From positions 1 through 49,751 of the forward strand of contig JBAXWY010000018.1 in NCBI GenBank assembly GCA_037128175.1: a stretch of 49,751 nt of DNA, in the 5' to 3' direction. Shown here piece by piece: positions 45,482 through 49,751 of the stretch; the stretch's first letter is position 1; every line of letters starts with the position of its first letter. The notes below the pieces were generated by a model. That model was not told the DNA's origin. It was given only the letters and a program-made list of their open reading frames with translations, and did not search any database. Source of the stretch: Methanothrix sp. GTDB taxonomy: Archaea; Halobacteriota; Methanosarcinia; Methanotrichales; Methanotrichaceae. Made by a program: the position numbers and the translations under genes.

Positions 45482-45751
45482 TCATCTTCGACCTCCGAGC
45501 GCGCTATGCACGCTCTTAGCCACCCTTCCCGCGATCTGCCCCTCGCTCCCTAGATCGGATGCCTTCACGGCAGGTATGGATATTCGGGAAACCGCCCCCG
45601 CAGTCATGCCCTCGGCCTGCCCTCCCTCAGCCAGAACCCTTTGTAGCTCTAGTCCAATCGACGAGCGCAGGCTATCAGCCCTACCGGGATCGATATCCAA
45701 TCCGCTGAGCACGATCCTGTCGATGTGCACGTTCAGAACGGTCTTGCTCAA
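45482..45751 (-). CDS. Small eCIS-associated protein
   Basis: LNVHIDRIVLSG...GRVAKSV pattern; overlaps the ATPase stop codon. Confidence 0.7.
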   Translation of the reverse strand: MSKTVLNVHIDRIVLSGLDIDPGRADSLRSSIGLELQRVLAEGGQAEGMTAGAVSRISIPAVKASDLGSEGQIAGRVAKSVHSALGGRR

Positions 45752-47994
45752 GTTCTCACCTTTGCATAGTATTTGCCGAACTCCGATTCTGTGATCATCT
45801 TGTTGATCTTCGAGTACTCCCTCCGGGCTGCAGGCACGACGTGGCTCATGCCAATGGGCGAACTTTCAGAAGCTGCCAGAAAGGCGGCATTCAGAGCGAT
45901 ATTCCTGATATTGCCGCCGGAGATCTCCATCCTGGCCAGGAGGTCATACTCCATTTCGTCCACGCTTGCCTCTTCAGGAAAGACCTTCTGCCAGATCATC
46001 TTGCGGTTGCGGATATCGGGGAATGGCAGATCCACCAGGAAGCGCAGGCGGCGCAGGAAGGCCTGGTCCAGAGCCGACTTCTTGTTGGTGGCCAGGATCG
46101 CCAGCCCCCGGTAGTCCTCCATGCGCTGCAGCAAATAGTTGACCTCAATATTGGCATACCTGTCGTGGCTGTCCTTGACCTCTGAGCGCTTGCCAAAAAG
46201 GGCATCCGCCTCGTCAAAGAAGAGGATGGCCCCGCTCTCCTCGGCAGCGTCGAATACCTTGCGAAGGTTCTTCTCTGTCTCGCCGATGTACTTGCTCACC
46301 ACTCCTGCCAGGTCGACCCGGTAGAGATCGAGCTTCAGGTGGTTGGCCAGAACCTCGGCAGCCATGGTCTTTCCCGTGCCGCTCGGACCTGAGAAGAGTG
46401 CGTTGATGCCTTTACCCTTAGAAAGCTTCTTGCCAAAGCCCCACTCCTCGTAGACCTTCTGCCTTCCCGCCACCTGGGCGGCGATCTCCTTCAATTGCTT
46501 CAAAGCATCTTCAGGCAGGACTATATCATCCCAGGTGGCCACAGGAACCACCCTTTGAGCCAGCTCGCCCATCTCCTGTCCTGCCAGCTCCCGGCAGGCC
46601 TGCCAGATGTTGCCCATATCGGGGGCAGAATTTTTTCCTGCCGATAGCCTCGCTTTGTCTTTCGCATACCGTGCCGCCAGTGCAATCTCCTCCGAGCCGA
46701 ACTCGAACTGCTGCACCACCGCTTGCAGATACTCGCCTGAGATGCCACTTGAGTCCGATTCTGATTTTGATTCAAATTCAGATTCGCGTGGCTCTGATAG
46801 GGCATCCTTCCATAAAGCGTATCTTGCGCCGGCATCCGGCTTTGGCACCTGTGCACAGATCATTCCTTCATCAGAATGCCGCCGATCTCTGCTCCCCAGG
46901 ATGAAGAAGGCTCCCAGACGCTCTATTATCTCCTCGACGAACGTTGCTGCCTCATTGCCGGGCACATCATCCTCATTTGCATCAATAAAAAAAGCCGCCT
47001 GGAAGAGAACCGCATCCCGCTCCATGAGTCGATAGATCTCCTGTCGCTCTGGACCTGCGGGCGGAAGCCTCCTCCAGTTGAAGGCAAAGAGCTGTAGCCC
47101 CAGGCGCTCGCATAACGCACAGGCCACGGCCTTCCTGCCCGCGCCCTTGCGACCGAAGAGATTCAAAGACAGCCTTCTCCTCGGACCATTCTCTTGATCC
47201 CTATTTATCTCCGACAAAATCCAATGCTGCAGAAGATCGACCAGCTCTCTTTGGGGCGAGGAAAGCGGGGCAGATGTGACCGGTTTAACCAAACCGGCAA
47301 TCTTCTCGTCCATTCTCCCCTCACCTAAAAGGTAGTCAGCGATGCTCTCCTCCAGCCTTAGCGGCCTATCGCCCAACGGCAGAGCAGGCAGATGACCGGG
47401 CTCCAGGACCAGCAATCTGGATCGGCGGAGTGCTGCCTCGGGCATGAGACTTAACCTGGCATTGGCCAGATACTGGCCCCGCCCTCCAAACAGGGACAGA
47501 GCCAGATGAGGTGTCGGATACTTGCGATTCACATCGTCCTGAATATAAGCGTAAATCCTGACGAAGGCCGAATCCAGCTCGGGAGCCAGGCAGAGCAGCA
47601 GCACATCTCTTTCAAAGGAGTTCAGACCGAAGAGCTGGGCAAGCACATCCAGAGGGGCCTGAAATCCAACCTTTGCGATCGCATCTCTACGAACATCATT
47701 CTCAGCTTGCGCCTCCGTCAGCAAATTACTTATGTGCGCCGCCTCTTGGTCTCCTTTATAGAACTGCTTCTCAGCTTTTAGGTCTTCGCCCGCCATCAGC
47801 CAGTCGGCCTTGACGTCACTGATCACCATTCCCTGATAGCTCTGCAAAGGATCGTTCTTCCACTGCCGGCGGAGCCATAATGCTTTCAGCTGCACAAGCA
47901 GTCGCAACCGTCTGATCTCACTCTTGAGATAAGCCTGGTTCAATTCGCTTCTCTTGGCTGCCAAATCGTTCGGCTTTCCATCAGAAGACATCAT
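45748..47994 (-). CDS. eCIS AAA+ ATPase (Afp15/Pvc15-like)
   Basis: GPSGTGKT, VVSKYIGETEKNL, LFFDEADALFGKRSEVKDSHDRYAN and YLLQRME; N-terminal LAPELD...Y.QDD motif. Confidence 0.93.
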   Translation of the reverse strand: MMSSDGKPNDLAAKRSELNQAYLKSEIRRLRLLVQLKALWLRRQWKNDPLQSYQGMVISDVKADWLMAGEDLKAEKQFYKGDQEAAHISNLLTEAQAENDVRRDAIAKVGFQAPLDVLAQLFGLNSFERDVLLLCLAPELDSAFVRIYAYIQDDVNRKYPTPHLALSLFGGRGQYLANARLSLMPEAALRRSRLLVLEPGHLPALPLGDRPLRLEESIADYLLGEGRMDEKIAGLVKPVTSAPLSSPQRELVDLLQHWILSEINRDQENGPRRRLSLNLFGRKGAGRKAVACALCERLGLQLFAFNWRRLPPAGPERQEIYRLMERDAVLFQAAFFIDANEDDVPGNEAATFVEEIIERLGAFFILGSRDRRHSDEGMICAQVPKPDAGARYALWKDALSEPRESEFESKSESDSSGISGEYLQAVVQQFEFGSEEIALAARYAKDKARLSAGKNSAPDMGNIWQACRELAGQEMGELAQRVVPVATWDDIVLPEDALKQLKEIAAQVAGRQKVYEEWGFGKKLSKGKGINALFSGPSGTGKTMAAEVLANHLKLDLYRVDLAGVVSKYIGETEKNLRKVFDAAEESGAILFFDEADALFGKRSEVKDSHDRYANIEVNYLLQRMEDYRGLAILATNKKSALDQAFLRRLRFLVDLPFPDIRNRKMIWQKVFPEEASVDEMEYDLLARMEISGGNIRNIALNAAFLAASESSPIGMSHVVPAARREYSKINKMITESEFGKYYAKVRT

Positions 47995-47996
47995 GG

Positions 47997-49196
47997 CTAT
48001 TGAACTAAAAGCATTTTTTCTTCGACATTCTCAACACCGTTTACCCTCACTCTCAGTGGGTAAGATCCGGTTTTCAGTTTATCACTATCAAATATATTGA
48101 AGCTAACAGTGCAAGAGGTTTGATTGACATGATTCGATTCAGGTATTTCCGTGTCTCCAACCAACGTCATGCAGCTCGCCTGAGGATTGTAAATCCTTGA
48201 CCCTGTAATTGTGTACATGGCCCCTTGAACCGCAACATTGTTGATCTTCGGCACCAGCATAAAGACTGCCTGGTTGGAATGGCTCAGGGTATGCTTGACA
48301 CCAGGATCTCCCATAATAACGTCGAATGCGAGGCTGATGGTCTGGGGGCCCGGTTGAAGAGCCTCATTATCAGGCAGCAAAAATTCTATCCGGCTGTCTC
48401 CTTTGATTGCCAGTATACTGTCTGTGACATCAACGCTTCCCAGTATTAATCTGTTATCGCTTGCGAAGTTGCGCCCAAGGATAATCAAGGTGTCACCGAT
48501 GGCTGCATAAGAAATCAATCGTTCTTTCGATTCGCCTTTTCGAACCATGTGAACCTCATCGATCTGGGGGCGGCGAATTGGCAAAGCATAGACCTTTGCA
48601 CCACCTTGGGGGCCGACTCCGACCAGCTTAGGCAGGCTTCTAGGTTTGCTTTTCTCAATCTGTACCACGCTGACGGTATAGGCAGCAGATGTTCTGTAAG
48701 GCTTGGTAATTGCTGTCCATACCTTTGTTAGGTCTTCCAGGCCTAAAGGATCAAGGGAAATCCTCAGATTCTCAAAGGGATTCTGCAGGCTTAGGTCCTC
48801 ATTGTTCTCATCCAAATTCTTGATATCCTCTTCTGATATTATTGGATGGTCATGAAATACCCTCATGGCCTCTCCTAGGATCTTGTGAGCATCCAGCTCA
48901 TCAATTTCTCCTTCTTCGCCTCCCCCCTTGCTGCCATAGGCTGTTAAGAAGTAATGCAGATCCAGGGAAAGAGGGGGATGACCATAGCGGCCGGAGCTTC
49001 CCATACCCTGAATCTCTTGATTTTTTAGATAAGCATTTTCGGATACTTTATATAAAAATATATTCACACGTTGTTTTGATTCATTAGATATACTAATAGG
49101 CGAAGATACGGTAACATCAATCTTAGGGTCCATTTCTTTTTGCAGAAGGTTTCTAAGAGTAGAGCTTGCTACGAAGATCGCTGTAGAATTGCTCAT
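47997..49196 (-). CDS. DUF4255 / Pvc16-like cap (tail terminator) protein with C-terminal IPT/TIG-like domains
   Basis: MSNSTAI, NIFLYKV.EN, PPLSLDLHYFLTAY and YRTSAAY.VSVVQI motifs. Confidence 0.88.
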   Translation of the reverse strand: MSNSTAIFVASSTLRNLLQKEMDPKIDVTVSSPISISNESKQRVNIFLYKVSENAYLKNQEIQGMGSSGRYGHPPLSLDLHYFLTAYGSKGGGEEGEIDELDAHKILGEAMRVFHDHPIISEEDIKNLDENNEDLSLQNPFENLRISLDPLGLEDLTKVWTAITKPYRTSAAYTVSVVQIEKSKPRSLPKLVGVGPQGGAKVYALPIRRPQIDEVHMVRKGESKERLISYAAIGDTLIILGRNFASDNRLILGSVDVTDSILAIKGDSRIEFLLPDNEALQPGPQTISLAFDVIMGDPGVKHTLSHSNQAVFMLVPKINNVAVQGAMYTITGSRIYNPQASCMTLVGDTEIPESNHVNQTSCTVSFNIFDSDKLKTGSYPLRVRVNGVENVEEKMLLVQ

Positions 49197-49201
49197 ATTA
49201 T

Positions 49202-49612
49202 CTATCTCTCCCAGCCTTGATATCTCCTGACCATCGCAAATTCATCAAAGCCGTAGGTTCTGGCTTGGGGTACAGGCTCCACCGCTGGCTGCGTTTCGGC
49301 GCGGATCTCTATGGCTCCAATATTTACGTGAATCTCTCTCGTCTCAACATCACCCTGCTTATTATTAGCAGCCGACCTCTTTTCCCTCATCGGGACGGGA
49401 GAGGGTCTATTGGTGGCCGGTTTTATTACAGGCAATCCTTCGCTTAATTCGTTATCCACCATTTTTTGAAGAACAACTTTTCTTGTCTTTCCAGTCAATG
49501 TCTGAGGAAATACGTTGGTCTTCAGATTTTCTGCACCAATCTCCTCTGTCTCTCGGCGGGCCAGCGCTTGCATTCCGTCTCCTTCTACCGGGAGTTGGGA
49601 TAATTTATGCAC
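49202..49612 (-). CDS. eCIS-associated hypothetical protein (start uncertain)
   Basis: C-terminal IHVNIGAIEIRA motif of the kind seen upstream of DUF4255 genes. The frame is open up to 49699, bounded by TAG at 49700-49702. Confidence 0.55.
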   Translation of the reverse strand: MHKLSQLPVEGDGMQALARRETEEIGAENLKTNVFPQTLTGKTRKVVLQKMVDNELSEGLPVIKPATNRPSPVPMREKRSAANNKQGDVETREIHVNIGAIEIRAETQPAVEPVPQARTYGFDEFAMVRRYQGWER

Positions 49613-49751
49613 TGGATAATAGGGTACAGCAACCGGCTGATTTTTTGGAGGGTCATATGGCTCCGAGCGCTTCTCAGCACCTGTACCGGGGTCCAGATCC
49701 TACATTCCGCACTTTCAATCCATCCTGTAATAATTTTCGCATTCTCGGCCC

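Larger units (their letters stand above)
26866..49751 (-). other. Extracellular contractile injection system (eCIS, Afp/PVC-like) gene cluster, partial
   Basis: Fourteen co-oriented genes including DUF4255, AAA ATPase, DUF4157, tube initiator, LysM, hub, spike, gp25, two baseplate J, tail-I-like and DUF6519 fibre. Several starts and stops overlap; no capsid, terminase or integrase genes. Confidence 0.92.

Noticed and set aside
46757-46786. Hexamer repeat (GATTCT/GATTTT/GATTCA...) in the AAA ATPase
   Set aside because: Short, degenerate and in frame; encodes an ES-rich linker with no sign of phase variation.
49700-49702. Pyrrolysine read-through of the in-frame TAG
   Set aside because: A TGA lies four codons further upstream in the same frame, and no pyl genes are in the window.
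26866-49751. Prophage or type VI secretion system
   Set aside because: No capsid, portal, terminase or integrase, and no TssJLM/ClpV genes. DUF4255 + Afp15-like ATPase + DUF4157 point to eCIS.

Overview
Archaeal DNA, most likely a methanogen of the Methanothrix (Methanosaeta)/Methanosarcinales type. This is inferred from a PGF-CTERM protein, DUF555, an F420-dependent reductase, a DRG GTPase and an archaeal-type tRNA-Cys. Bases 1-14.5 kb and 19.6-26.5 kb are mostly housekeeping: partial tRNA-Cys, an acetyl-CoA hydrolase-GNAT fusion, a PIN pair, hisA/hisB, surE, Mrp, radical SAM, HEAT repeat, EamA, DRG, a Cas4-like protein, an XPD/Rad3 helicase and an HDAC. Bases 14.5-19.5 kb are a variable island with gene remnants and a CHAT protease-STAND NTPase-TPR (NLR-like) gene. 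Bases 26.9-49.75 kb are one minus-strand extracellular contractile injection system (eCIS, Afp/PVC-like) locus; sheath and major tube genes are not in the window and probably lie beyond the right edge. Three features of the eCIS stand out: (i) a DUF4157 protein with a hydrophobic segment and a C-terminal protein-kinase-like domain; (ii) a tail fibre with a PEP-synthase phosphohistidine swivel domain inserted in its beta-helix; (iii) a spike ending in an HxH motif, with an unknown gene where PAAR normally sits. All family calls come from motif recognition by eye; no searches were run.
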